IMG/VR virus record: IMGVR_UViG_3300044500_000058
Span: 1 to 47,200 of that record
Direction: 5' to 3' (one strand)
Source of the DNA: a virus
Taxonomy: Duplodnaviria > Caudoviricetes
DNA length: 47,200 nucleotides
The position numbers and the translations under genes are program-made. The notes under the pieces are model-generated. The model did no database searches, was not told the DNA's origin, and worked only from the letters and a program-made list of their open reading frames with translations. The number at the start of each line of letters is the position of its first letter. The stretch's first letter is position 1. Positions 8,268 through 16,883 of the stretch are shown piece by piece.

Positions 8268-8470
8268 AAAATCTAACCGATCGGGAGCTGTCGGCGCTCA
8301 GTTGGGCGGTCTCGCGCGCTGCCGAGTGGCGCGGAGCCGAGATCGGCAATCCGGACCCCGCGCCGCTAGATCGTTTCGACCGGCGCGTAAGTGAAGCGCG
8401 CATGGCGCTGCGCAAGGTCCGTGAGGTTCGAAAGTTGCTCAAGGAACTGGCTTACCAGCGAGCCCCGTAG
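8264..8470 (+). CDS. Hypothetical protein (68 aa)
   Basis: GAGGA SD and ATGA overlap. Confidence 0.65.
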   Translation: MKNLTDRELSALSWAVSRAAEWRGAEIGNPDPAPLDRFDRRVSEARMALRKVREVRKLLKELAYQRAP

Positions 8471-8682
8471 TGATTACCGATCCCCCATTCATGCCGCAGA
8501 AAGGACAACCTGCTATGAACGACAAGGCGAAGCAAAAGTCCGACAAAGCGCGTGAGCGCCGTGAGGCGAAGATTCGTCAGGACGCCGCCTCCGCGGCATT
8601 CGAGCGTGGAAAGCGTGCCGGTCGAGAAGAATTGCAAGAGAAACTTCGCGAACTCTTGGGGCTTGACGAAGGCTGGCTGTAA
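8470..8682 (+). CDS. Small coiled-coil protein carrying leader repeat copy 1 (alternative start ATG 8515)
   Basis: MITDPPFMPQKGQPA-MNDKAKQK...; the AAAGGA inside the repeat could instead serve as SD for ATG 8515. Confidence 0.6.
   Translation: MITDPPFMPQKGQPAMNDKAKQKSDKARERREAKIRQDAASAAFERGKRAGREELQEKLRELLGLDEGWL
8476..8510 (+). repeat. Dispersed repeat copy 1 (35-bp core)
   Basis: accgatcccccattcatgccgcagaaaggacaacc is identical to 8707-8741. Confidence 0.95.
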
Positions 8683-8770
8683 CCACTGAACCGAGGACAG
8701 ATGTTAACCGATCCCCCATTCATGCCGCAGAAAGGACAACCCGCGTTCCATCTGCGTGACACGACGCCCG
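8683..8770 (+). repeat. Dispersed repeat copy 2 (88 bp)
   Basis: Matches 9333-9420 with 4 differences. Confidence 0.95.
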
Positions 8771-8862
8771 TCACGGATGACGTTATCGGGAATAACACGC
8801 CCGAGGATATCACCAGACTACTTGGCGAGGTCGAAGCCCTGCCGCCTTGCACTACTGACTAG
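8701..8862 (+). CDS. 53-aa micro-protein with shared leader
   Basis: GAGGA SD; MLTDPPFMPQKGQPAFHLRDTTP-VTDDVIGNNTPEDITRLLGEVEALPPCTTD. Confidence 0.55.
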   Translation: MLTDPPFMPQKGQPAFHLRDTTPVTDDVIGNNTPEDITRLLGEVEALPPCTTD

Positions 8863-8898
8863 GAAACAGTGCTTAATTTTTCAACGAAGGAGACAACG

Positions 8899-9135
8899 AT
8901 GAGAGTTCGAGCGAAGTTTACCTGCAACAGCATCACCAGAACCAAACGGTGGAATGGCCCCGGCGAGGTCCAGACGATCAAGCTATCGCCCGTGACGAGT
9001 GGCAGTGACGAAAACAAGGAATTCTTCGACGCCACTCCGACCGGCAGCATCGAACTCGGCACCGTGAACGAAGCGGCAGCCAAGCAGTTCGAACTCGGCA
9101 AGTCGTACTACATCGACTTCACGCTGGCCGACTGA
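8899..9135 (+). CDS. Phage hypothetical protein (beta-rich, 78 aa)
   Basis: AAGGAG SD; MRVRAKF.C...EN..F..ATP.G.I.L...N..A...F..GK.YYIDF pattern that I recognise from other phages. Confidence 0.8.
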   Translation: MRVRAKFTCNSITRTKRWNGPGEVQTIKLSPVTSGSDENKEFFDATPTGSIELGTVNEAAAKQFELGKSYYIDFTLAD

Positions 9136-9144
9136 GGGGCATCC

Positions 9145-9357
9145 GTGGCCGTCATGCCGTTTGGGAAGCATCGGGGCGAGGACATTGAAGACGTGCCCTC
9201 GGACTACCTGCAGTGGTTCGTAAGCAGTGTTGATGCCCCGCCCGTGGGCGACAAGCGGCGTGACGCCCATCTTGATCTGGTCAGCGAGATCGAAAGCGAA
9301 CTCGCGTCCCGCAAGAAATACGGCCGCGAGAGCCACTGTACCGAGGACAGATGTTAA
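9145..9357 (+). CDS. DUF3820/ExoX C-terminal-like small protein
   Basis: MPFGKHRG..IEDVP.DYLQW motif. Confidence 0.75.
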   Translation: MAVMPFGKHRGEDIEDVPSDYLQWFVSSVDAPPVGDKRRDAHLDLVSEIESELASRKKYGRESHCTEDRC

Positions 9358-9420
9358 CCGATCCCCCATTCATGCCGCAGAAGGGACAGCCCGCGTTCCA
9401 TCTGCGTGATACGACGCCCG
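9333..9420 (+). repeat. Dispersed repeat copy 3 (88 bp)
   Basis: 650 bp downstream of copy 2. Confidence 0.95.
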
Positions 9421-9515
9421 CTGAGTTGGAGCAATTCCAACGGATGCTGGCGAAAGCCGAAGCCGACAAGCGGGAAGCTGCAAATTTCAACTCTCAAAAG
9501 GAAACTCACGAATGA
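9351..9515 (+). CDS. 54-aa micro-protein with shared leader
   Basis: MLTDPPFMPQKGQPAFHLRDTTP-AELEQFQRMLAKAEADKREAANFNSQKETHE; its stop overlaps the SSB start as ATGA. Confidence 0.6.
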   Translation: MLTDPPFMPQKGQPAFHLRDTTPAELEQFQRMLAKAEADKREAANFNSQKETHE

Positions 9516-10060
9516 AATACCTGATCAAGAATGCGCGACTGTCGTTCCCCGATATCTTCAAGGCCAAGGCCGTCAACGAAGGCGACGAGCCCTCATTCTC
9601 AGCCTCGTTCCTTCTCCTGCCGACCGATCCGCAGGTGAAGGAAATGAATGCCATCTTCGAGGCATTGGCGAGGGAAGAGTGGAAGGACAAGGCGCCGGCC
9701 ATCATGAAGATGCTGCGTGCGCAGGATCGAATTTGCCTGCACGATGGCGGTCTCAAACCCTACGCAGGGTACGAGGGCACGGTGTACGTCTCTTCGCGCA
9801 GCAAGAACCGTCCGACGGTGTTCGATCGTCAGCGCAACCCGGTGACGGCCGACAGCGGGCTGGTCTACTCCGGCTGCTACGTGAACGGCTCAGTCGAGTT
9901 CTACGCACAGGACAATCAGTACGGCAAGCGCATCAACGCGCAGCTCCGTGGTGTCCAGTTCGTGAAGGACGGTGATGCGTTCGCGGCCGGCACACCCGCG
10001 TCCGAAAAGGACTTCGACGACCTGGGCGATCAGGGCGACGACACGGACCCGACGGCCTGA
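9512..10060 (+). CDS. ssb: DUF2815 / T7 gp2.5-like ssDNA-binding protein
   Basis: RLSFP.IF, YSGCYVN, QLRGVQFVKDGDAF and an acidic C-terminal tail. Confidence 0.9.
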   Translation: MKYLIKNARLSFPDIFKAKAVNEGDEPSFSASFLLLPTDPQVKEMNAIFEALAREEWKDKAPAIMKMLRAQDRICLHDGGLKPYAGYEGTVYVSSRSKNRPTVFDRQRNPVTADSGLVYSGCYVNGSVEFYAQDNQYGKRINAQLRGVQFVKDGDAFAAGTPASEKDFDDLGDQGDDTDPTA

Positions 10061-10062
10061 CT

Positions 10063-10140
10063 GGACTCCTTTCCCGCGTGCCCGCTGCGTAGCAGTATGC
10101 ACAACGCCGAGCTTGCAAGCGACGCGCGGGGAAGGACTTC
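10063..10140 (+). promoter_or_regulatory. Structured leader RNA occluding the polymerase RBS
   Basis: 14-bp stem 10067-10080/10123-10136 encloses two short hairpins; the 3' arm contains the GGAAGGA SD. Confidence 0.5.
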
Positions 10141-10143
10141 CAC

Positions 10144-12195
10144 ATGAACTTGTATCTCGACACCGAGACCTATTCGCCCGTGCCACTGGCGCACGGCCTG
10201 GCGCGCTATGCGACGCAAGTCGAAGTGATGGTGGTGACGTGGGCGATCGACGAGGGGCCGGTGCATACACTGGAGTGCATGCGTAACACCGGCGATCAGG
10301 TACGGGCATTGCTGACTGCGATCGACGCTGCAGATCGAATCATTGCGCACAATGCACAGTTCGATCGTACCGTTCTTGAGACGACAGGCTGGTGGCCCAA
10401 GGGCGTCGGCCACAAGTGGTACTGCACGATGGCGCAAGCGCTGCGTCACGGGCTGCCCGGCGGGCTCGACAAGTTGTCGACTGTCTTCAAGCTCGACGCG
10501 GGTACCGCGAAGCTCGACGGGCACAAGCTGGTCATGCTGTTCTGCAAGCCTGACAAGCATGGGAAACGCGCAACGCGCCTGACGCACCCCGAGGAGTGGA
10601 AGCGCTTCCTGCGTTACGCAGCGCAGGATATCGTTGCGATGCGTGCCCTATACCACAAGATTCCGAAGTGGAACGACACCCCTTTCGAACTGGCGCTGTG
10701 GGACCTCGATCAGACCATCAACGCCCGCGGCATCGCGGTGGACGTCGAGTTCGCCACCGCGGCGGTTCGAGCAACGCGCGAGGAACAGGCGCGCCTTGCC
10801 AAGCGCACACAGGAGTTGACCGAGGGCGTGGTCGAGCGCGCAACGCAGCGCGACCGGCTGATGGCGTTCCTGCTCGCCGAGCACGGCGTTGAACTGCCGA
10901 ACATGAAAGCCGACACCCTCGAGCGGCGCCTCGAGGACCCCGAGCTACCAGAGTTCATCAAGGAACTGTTGCGTCTGCGCCTGACGGCCAGCATGGCGTC
11001 GACCTCCAAGTACAAGCGCCTGCTCGACCTGCAGGTGGCCGGGCGCATCTATCACACGCTCCAATATTGCGGTGCACAACGCACCGGGCGCTGGGCCGGG
11101 CGGGGGCTGCAGCCGCAGAACCTGTACCGACCGACGATCCCCTACGAGGACATCCTCACGGCGATCGAGGCCGTCAAGGCCGGCGCTGAGTCGATCCTGC
11201 TGGACGACGTGATGGAAGCGATGGCGAGCGCCATCCGCTCCGCACTGGTGGCCGGGCCCGGCAAGAAGCTGGTCGTGTCGGATCTCGCCAACATCGAGGG
11301 CCGGATCCTCGCCTGGCTGGGGCACGAGGACTGGAAGACGCAGGCGTTCCGTGATTATGACAAGGGCACCGGCCCGGACCTGTACATCCAAGCCTATGCC
11401 CGCACCTTCGGGGTTGACCCGAAGACCGTCACTAAGGCGCAGCGCCAGATTGGCAAAGTCCTCGAGCTGGCCTTCGGTTACGAGGGTGGGGTCGGCGCCT
11501 GCGTCACGGCGGCCGCGACCTATGGCATCGACCTGGAGGAACTGGCGACGGCCGTCACCCCCACCCTGCCGCTTGAGGTAGCGCTGGACGCGCAGTCGAC
11601 CTGGCGCTGGGCCATGAAGAAGGGTCGCACGCTGGGCCTCTCTGAGCGCGTCTACGTGGCTTGTGAGGGGTTGAAGCGCCTGTGGCGGGAAACCCACCCC
11701 GCGACTGTCCAGCTATGGGTCGACGCCGGTAACGCGGCGCGCTCGGCTATCCTCCACCCGGGGGTCGAGTACCGGGCGGGCCGGCTGGTCTTCGACCGCA
11801 AGGGGGCGTGGCTGCGCATCCGCCTGCCGTCGGGGCGCTACCTGCTTTACCCCAACCCGAAGCTCGAGGGCGAGGGGCAGGCAATCAAGTACGCGGCGTG
11901 GAACGTCTACAAGAAGTGCTGGCACCACGAGGGCACCTACGGCGGCAAGCTGGTGGAGAACGCCTGTCAGGGCGTGGCGCGGGACGTGATGGCGCTCGGG
12001 ATGGTGTACGCGGAAGAGGCGGGCTTTCCTGTGGTCTTGACCGTGCACGATGAACTGGTCACCGAGGTCGATGATGACCCGGTGTGCAACGCGGCATGGC
12101 TGAGCGGCTTGCTCGCCGAAGGCACTGATTGGACCAAAGGCTTGCCGCTCGCGGCGAAGGGGTTCGAGAATGCCCGATACCGGAAGGAGGATTGA
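10144..12195 (+). CDS. polA: Family A DNA polymerase (3'-5' exonuclease plus polymerase)
   Basis: LDTET (ExoI), AHNAQFD (ExoII), YAAQD (ExoIII), TGRW, DLANIEGR (motif A), RQIGKVLELAFGY (B), ENACQG, TVHDE (C). Confidence 0.96.
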   Translation: MNLYLDTETYSPVPLAHGLARYATQVEVMVVTWAIDEGPVHTLECMRNTGDQVRALLTAIDAADRIIAHNAQFDRTVLETTGWWPKGVGHKWYCTMAQALRHGLPGGLDKLSTVFKLDAGTAKLDGHKLVMLFCKPDKHGKRATRLTHPEEWKRFLRYAAQDIVAMRALYHKIPKWNDTPFELALWDLDQTINARGIAVDVEFATAAVRATREEQARLAKRTQELTEGVVERATQRDRLMAFLLAEHGVELPNMKADTLERRLEDPELPEFIKELLRLRLTASMASTSKYKRLLDLQVAGRIYHTLQYCGAQRTGRWAGRGLQPQNLYRPTIPYEDILTAIEAVKAGAESILLDDVMEAMASAIRSALVAGPGKKLVVSDLANIEGRILAWLGHEDWKTQAFRDYDKGTGPDLYIQAYARTFGVDPKTVTKAQRQIGKVLELAFGYEGGVGACVTAAATYGIDLEELATAVTPTLPLEVALDAQSTWRWAMKKGRTLGLSERVYVACEGLKRLWRETHPATVQLWVDAGNAARSAILHPGVEYRAGRLVFDRKGAWLRIRLPSGRYLLYPNPKLEGEGQAIKYAAWNVYKKCWHHEGTYGGKLVENACQGVARDVMALGMVYAEEAGFPVVLTVHDELVTEVDDDPVCNAAWLSGLLAEGTDWTKGLPLAAKGFENARYRKED

Positions 12196-12377
12196 TGACT
12201 GTCTTGCTAGTGATTCCGATAACCGCACTCATAATGATTATCGGGGTGGCGGTAGTGTCTCGCATAGGGGGTATCGGCCTGTCTCTGAAAGATGCCGCCT
12301 ATTTTTTCGTTGCCTTTAACGTTGGCCTATCGGCCGCGATTATCGCGGTGTATGTAGCCGCGTGGATTATGCCATGA
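12195..12377 (+). CDS. 60-aa two-TM membrane protein, AT-richer than its neighbours
   Basis: AAGGAGG SD, TGATG overlap with polA, two hydrophobic helices. Confidence 0.65.
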   Translation: MTVLLVIPITALIMIIGVAVVSRIGGIGLSLKDAAYFFVAFNVGLSAAIIAVYVAAWIMP

Positions 12378-12661
12378 CTAAAATTCGTGAGGCTGACATC
12401 GAAGCGTACCTGGTCAAGCGGGTGGCCGAGGCCGGGGGTGTGGCGGAGAAGTTCACCTCGCCCAACCGTACGGCAGTGCCGGATAGGATCGTGTTGTGGA
12501 CCAACCCCTCCGACACCCAGTTCGTTGAATGCAAAGCGCCGGGTAAGAAACCCACTGTTGCTCAAGCTCGCGATCACGCGCGGCGCAGCGCGATGGGGTT
12601 CATCGTTGTTGTGGTGGATAGTTTCGAAGCCGTTGACGATTTCATAAGGGTGTACCGATGA
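12374..12661 (+). CDS. VRR-NUC domain nuclease
   Basis: READIE..L, KF.SP...VPDRI, FVECKAPG, Q..H motifs. Confidence 0.9.
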   Translation: MTKIREADIEAYLVKRVAEAGGVAEKFTSPNRTAVPDRIVLWTNPSDTQFVECKAPGKKPTVAQARDHARRSAMGFIVVVVDSFEAVDDFIRVYR

Positions 12662-12828
12662 GCAAGCGTTACCGCCCAAGCGCCGCGCGCAAGCTGGTCG
12701 ACCACCGCTGGGTCCGCGACAAGCGCGGCAACTGGCGCCACGAGACCGAAGAGGTCCACGAGGTCGAGTTCTGCCATCGGTGCATCCGCGAGAAGCCGGG
12801 GTTCCACAAGGGAGCGCGGACCCGTTGA
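12658..12828 (+). CDS. 56-aa hypothetical protein (CxxC)
   Basis: ATGA overlap with VRR-NUC and TTGA overlap with the methyltransferase start. Confidence 0.5.
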   Translation: MSKRYRPSAARKLVDHRWVRDKRGNWRHETEEVHEVEFCHRCIREKPGFHKGARTR

Positions 12829-13874
12829 GCATCGCCTACTACAACGAGATCGACCCGTATGCCGCCGAGTGGTTGCGTACGCTTATTCTGGTGGGACTCA
12901 TCGCCCCGGGGGAAGTGGATGAACGAAGCATCGAAGACGTTACTCCCGGCGACCTTGCCGGATACACGCAGTGCCATTTCTTCGCCGGGATCGGCGGCTG
13001 GAGCCTCGCCCTGCGCCTCGCCGGCTGGCCTGACGAGCGCCCTGTCTGGACCGGAAGCTGCCCTTGCCAGCCTTTCAGCGCGGCAGGCAAAGGCGCTGGG
13101 GTTGCTGACGAGCGGCACCTATGGCCCGCCTGGCAATGGCTTATCGGCCAGTGTCGCCCTGTCGTCGTCTTTGGGGAGCAGGTTGAGGCAGCGGTTAAGC
13201 ACGATTGGCTCGACCTTGTTCAAACTGACCTGGAAGGTCTCGGCTACGTCAGCGGGGCGGTCTGTCTCCCTGCTGCGGGCGTCGGGGCACCGCACGCCCG
13301 CAGCCGCCTGTGGTTCGTGGCCGACACTAATGGCGGGTACGCCCGCGCAGAAGGGGTACAACGAAGCGGGCAACACGGACTCGTCCCGTCGGACGGTCGA
13401 GCTTGCGAGTTGGCCAACAACGAAGCGCGACGACGGAGTGAAGTCAATCCGGTCGGGGGCGGGCGCGATGAAGGAGTACGAGCGCAAGGGGGTCAACGAC
13501 CTGACCGTGGCGGCGTGTCTGGCGAGTTGGGCAACCCCGACGACGAGAGACCACAAGGACGGAGGCTCGGTGGGAACGGCACCAGTCAACGCGCTATTAG
13601 GGCGGCAGGCATGGCTGGCGGATCCCTGGTCGACGCCTCGGGCAAACAAGTGGGGGTTTCCCGATGCCCACGGGAGCAAAGAAGCTCCTATTGGGCCGAC
13701 GTTGACTGGATCCCCTGCCGAGACGGCAAAGCCCGGCCAGTTGAACCCGGCACATTCCCGCTGGCTCATGGGGTACCCGCCCGAGTGGGACGCCTGCGCG
13801 CCTACGGCAATGCCATCGTCCCGCAAGTCGCGGCGGAAGTGATCCGCGCCTACGGGGAGTGGCTGAATCGATGA
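12825..13874 (+). CDS. C5-cytosine DNA methyltransferase, alpha subunit
   Basis: AAGGGAG SD and TTG start; FFAGIGG (I), GSCPCQPFS (IV), GEQV (VI), PHARSRLWF (VIII), [13 protein letters not shown] (X); no motif IX. Confidence 0.9.
   Translation: MSIAYYNEIDPYAAEWLRTLILVGLIAPGEVDERSIEDVTPGDLAGYTQCHFFAGIGGWSLALRLAGWPDERPVWTGSCPCQPFSAAGKGAGVADERHLWPAWQWLIGQCRPVVVFGEQVEAAVKHDWLDLVQTDLEGLGYVSGAVCLPAAGVGAPHARSRLWFVADTNGGYARAEGVQRSGQHGLVPSDGRACELANNEARRRSEVNPVGGGRDEGVRAQGGQRPDRGGVSGELGNPDDERPQGRRLGGNGTSQRAIRAAGMAGGSLVDASGKQVGVSRCPREQRSSYWADVDWIPCRDGKARPVEPGTFPLAHGVPARVGRLRAYGNAIVPQVAAEVIRAYGEWLNR
12859..13842 (+). CDS. Nested +1-frame ORF: putative methyltransferase beta subunit (motif IX and TRD-like repeats); true start uncertain
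   Basis: 327 open codons inside the alpha gene; four W-[PAS]-T repeats and [18 protein letters not shown] (motif IX-like). Confidence 0.75.
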   Translation: MPPSGCVRLFWWDSSPRGKWMNEASKTLLPATLPDTRSAISSPGSAAGASPCASPAGLTSALSGPEAALASLSARQAKALGLLTSGTYGPPGNGLSASVALSSSLGSRLRQRLSTIGSTLFKLTWKVSATSAGRSVSLLRASGHRTPAAACGSWPTLMAGTPAQKGYNEAGNTDSSRRTVELASWPTTKRDDGVKSIRSGAGAMKEYERKGVNDLTVAACLASWATPTTRDHKDGGSVGTAPVNALLGRQAWLADPWSTPRANKWGFPDAHGSKEAPIGPTLTGSPAETAKPGQLNPAHSRWLMGYPPEWDACAPTAMPSSRKSRRK

Positions 13875-15244
13875 GCCGTCTCTTCACTCCCCGGCCACAT
13901 CAGGCCATCGCGATCGACTTCCTGTTGTCGACGCCGCGCTGCAACCTGTGGGCGGGCATGGGGCTCGGCAAGACGGTCTGTGCCGTGACCGTGGTCGACC
14001 TGCTGCGCCTGACGGGGACCGACGACCCGATCCTGGTGCTCGGCCCGCTGCGCGTCGCGCGCGACACCTGGCCCGGCGAGATCGACAAGTGGGAACACCT
14101 GCGCCACCTGCACCTTGCGCCGATCATCGGGGATCGTCACGTGCGCGCCAACGTGCTGCGCCAGAAGGCCGACCTGTACTCGATCAATTACGACAACCTG
14201 CCGTGGTTGATAGAAGCGCTCGGCGACAAGCCGTGGCCCTTCCGCGTGGTGATCGCTGACGAGAGTACCCGGCTCAAGGGCTATCGCACCCAGCAAGGGG
14301 GCGTGCGCACCCGGGCGCTCGCCAAGGTGGCGCGCGATACCGACCGCTGGATCAATTTGACCGGCACCCCGGCCAGCAACGGATTGAAAGACCTGTGGGG
14401 GCAGATGTGGTTCATCGACTTCGGCGCTCGCCTTGGGCGCACGCACACCGACTTCATGCAACGTTGGTTCAGCAAGAACGAGTACACGCGGCGCATCGAG
14501 CCGCATCGGCATTCCGAGGCGGAGATTCATGCGCGCATCGCAGATGTCACCCTGTCGATCAACCCGAAGGACTGGTTTGACCTCGAGGAACCGATCCCCA
14601 ACGAGGTGCGAGTGACGCTTCCCCCGGCCGCGCGGATCCAGTACAAACAGCTCGAGAAAGATATGTTCACGACGCTGAGTTGCGGCACCGAGCTGGAAGT
14701 GTTCAACGCCGCGGCGCTCACCAACAAGTGCCGGCAGTTCGCCAACGGGGCGGCTTATACCGAGAACCCGAAGTGGGTTGCCGTGCACGATGCCAAGCTC
14801 GACGCGCTCGAGAGTGTGATCGAGGAAGCCGGTGGCGATCAGCTACTGGTCTCGTACGCCTTCGTCAGCGACCGTGAGCGCATTTTGCACCGCTTCAAGC
14901 AAGCCGCGGACATTTCGACCCCGGCAGGGTTCAAGGCGTTCATGCAGGGCGACAAGCAACTCGGCGTAGCCCATCCGAAATCGATGGGGCACGGTATCGA
15001 CGGTATGCAGGATGTGTGCAACCATCTGGTCTACTTCGGGCTCGACTGGGACCTGGAACTGCATCAGCAGATTCTAGAGCGCATCGGGCCGGTGCGCCAG
15101 ATGCAGTCGGGACTGGACCGACCGGTGTGGGTCACGAGTATCATCGCGGACGGTACTCTGGATGACACGCTGATCGAGCGGCATCATGACAAGCGTGCGG
15201 TGCAGGATCTACTACTCGAAGCCATGAGCAGGAGGACAGCATGA
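13871..15244 (+). CDS. SNF2-like (SF2) helicase
   Basis: RPHQ, MGLGKT, IADES, LTGTP, GHGIDG, QILERI. Confidence 0.92.
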   Translation: MSRLFTPRPHQAIAIDFLLSTPRCNLWAGMGLGKTVCAVTVVDLLRLTGTDDPILVLGPLRVARDTWPGEIDKWEHLRHLHLAPIIGDRHVRANVLRQKADLYSINYDNLPWLIEALGDKPWPFRVVIADESTRLKGYRTQQGGVRTRALAKVARDTDRWINLTGTPASNGLKDLWGQMWFIDFGARLGRTHTDFMQRWFSKNEYTRRIEPHRHSEAEIHARIADVTLSINPKDWFDLEEPIPNEVRVTLPPAARIQYKQLEKDMFTTLSCGTELEVFNAAALTNKCRQFANGAAYTENPKWVAVHDAKLDALESVIEEAGGDQLLVSYAFVSDRERILHRFKQAADISTPAGFKAFMQGDKQLGVAHPKSMGHGIDGMQDVCNHLVYFGLDWDLELHQQILERIGPVRQMQSGLDRPVWVTSIIADGTLDDTLIERHHDKRAVQDLLLEAMSRRTA

Positions 15245-15615
15245 CAGATGAAACACTGTATGGGCGCTACTGTCGTGTGGCCCACGTACTGAACACCAGT
15301 ACGGATACCTCGGACAAAACGCTTGCGCGGATTAGTTCGATCATGTGGGGAAGCCCCAGTGATGTTGGGGAGTGCGGCTTGAAGAAAGCCAGCGACGAGC
15401 AGATCGGCGGGGGCCACTACAAGGGCTACGCGATTCAGCCTGCGGAATTCATCCACCGCAACAAGATTGGATTCCTCGAGGGCAACGTCATCAAGTACGT
15501 TTGCCGCCACCCGCAGAAAGGTGGCCGGCAGGATATCGAGAAGGCCATCCACTACCTGCAATTGCTGCTGGAATGGGAACGCCCTGCTGGTATCAAGCCA
15601 GCGGTGCAGCCGTGA
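15241..15615 (+). CDS. DUF3310 family protein
   Basis: QIGGGHYK...IQP..F...GNVIKY..R...K.G..DIEKA.HY. Confidence 0.85.
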   Translation: MTDETLYGRYCRVAHVLNTSTDTSDKTLARISSIMWGSPSDVGECGLKKASDEQIGGGHYKGYAIQPAEFIHRNKIGFLEGNVIKYVCRHPQKGGRQDIEKAIHYLQLLLEWERPAGIKPAVQP

Positions 15616-15788
15616 ACCTAGAACTTATCAGCCATTACAACAGCATCTTGATGCATTTACAGGATGCGCTGCACCAACAACAAATGGAGATGATCGCGCT
15701 GCGCCGTGATCGGGACGAACTGACTAACCAGTTGCTTCGGATGCAGGCCGAGCGAACAGCGTCTACATCCGCAGTGGGTACGCCGTGA
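15612..15788 (+). CDS. Small coiled-coil protein
   Basis: GTGA overlaps at both ends. Confidence 0.55.
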   Translation: MNLELISHYNSILMHLQDALHQQQMEMIALRRDRDELTNQLLRMQAERTASTSAVGTP

Positions 15789-16813
15789 CCGTCACCATCA
15801 AGACCGGGCACTGCCTGGAAGTCCTGCGCACGCTGCCCGACGAGTCGGTGAACTGCATCGTCACGTCCCCGCCCTACTGGCGGCAGCGCGACTACGGGCA
15901 CCCAGGACAGTTGGGCCTCGAACCGACGCCCGAAGAATACATCGCCAACATGGTCGCGGTGTTCAGCGAATGCCGCCGCATCCTGCGAACGGATGGCACC
16001 TGTTGGGTGAACATCGGGGACAAGTGGGCAAGTGGCGGCAACGGCGGGGGCGGGTCGTTCATGAACGAACGCGCAGACGCATGGACCCACGCGAAAGGCG
16101 CGAAGGGTTGGCGCAAACCGCCCGCTGGCTACAAGGATAAGGATCTAATCGGCGTGCCTTGGATGCTGGCCTTCGCGATGCGTGCCGAGGGGTGGTTCCT
16201 GCGTCAGTGCAACATATGGGCGAAGCCGAACTGTATGCCCGAATCGGTGCGGGACCGCTCCACGGCATCGCATGAGTACGTGTTCCAATTCTCGAAAAAC
16301 AACGACTACTGGTACGACTCAGACGCCGCCAGGACGCCCTCCGCGCCCTCCACCGAGACGCGGCTGGCGCAGGACATCGAATCGCAGGAAGGCTCCGCGC
16401 GAGCCAATGGTGGTGCCAAGACGAACGGCAAAATGAAGGCGGTGCAGCGCAGCGACAAGCAACGCGGGCGCAGCCGCAAACACAACGGATTCAACGACCG
16501 TTGGGACGCGATGCCGGTCGCGGATCAAATGGCGAATGGCGCAAACCTGCGTTCGGTCTGGTGGATTTCGCCGGCTCAGTACGGGGAGAGCCACTACGCC
16601 GTCATGCCGGAAAGGCTGGCCGAGATATGCATAGCGGCCGGCTGCCCCAGGGACGGCACCGTGATAGATCCTTTCGGCGGAGCCGGAACCACGGGGCTGG
16701 TCGCTGACCGGATGCAGCGTCACGCCATTCTGATCGAGCTGAACCCGGAATATGCGGCCCTAGCACGGGACCGCATCAGCGACGACGCGCCATTGTTTGC
16801 GGCGGTCGTATGA
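15785..16813 (+). CDS. N4-cytosine/N6-adenine DNA methyltransferase (beta class)
   Basis: IVTSPPY catalytic motif precedes the DPFGGAGTT SAM-binding motif; WAKPNCMPESVRDR..SHEY. Confidence 0.92.
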   Translation: MTVTIKTGHCLEVLRTLPDESVNCIVTSPPYWRQRDYGHPGQLGLEPTPEEYIANMVAVFSECRRILRTDGTCWVNIGDKWASGGNGGGGSFMNERADAWTHAKGAKGWRKPPAGYKDKDLIGVPWMLAFAMRAEGWFLRQCNIWAKPNCMPESVRDRSTASHEYVFQFSKNNDYWYDSDAARTPSAPSTETRLAQDIESQEGSARANGGAKTNGKMKAVQRSDKQRGRSRKHNGFNDRWDAMPVADQMANGANLRSVWWISPAQYGESHYAVMPERLAEICIAAGCPRDGTVIDPFGGAGTTGLVADRMQRHAILIELNPEYAALARDRISDDAPLFAAVV

Positions 16814-16883
16814 GAGTCACTGATGAGCGGTCAGCGCTTGGCGTTCGCGCTGACCGCTCTGGTCATCCTGCTCGTGCTGTGGA

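Noticed and set aside
8470-8514. TDPPF as a methyltransferase catalytic motif
   Set aside because: The ORFs are only 53-70 aa with no SAM-binding motif, so the resemblance is probably coincidental.
8476-9420. Repeats as a CRISPR array or a DGR template/variable pair
   Set aside because: Intervals are long, unequal and gene-containing, and there are no cas genes or reverse transcriptase. Differences are few, synonymous and include a C/T change.
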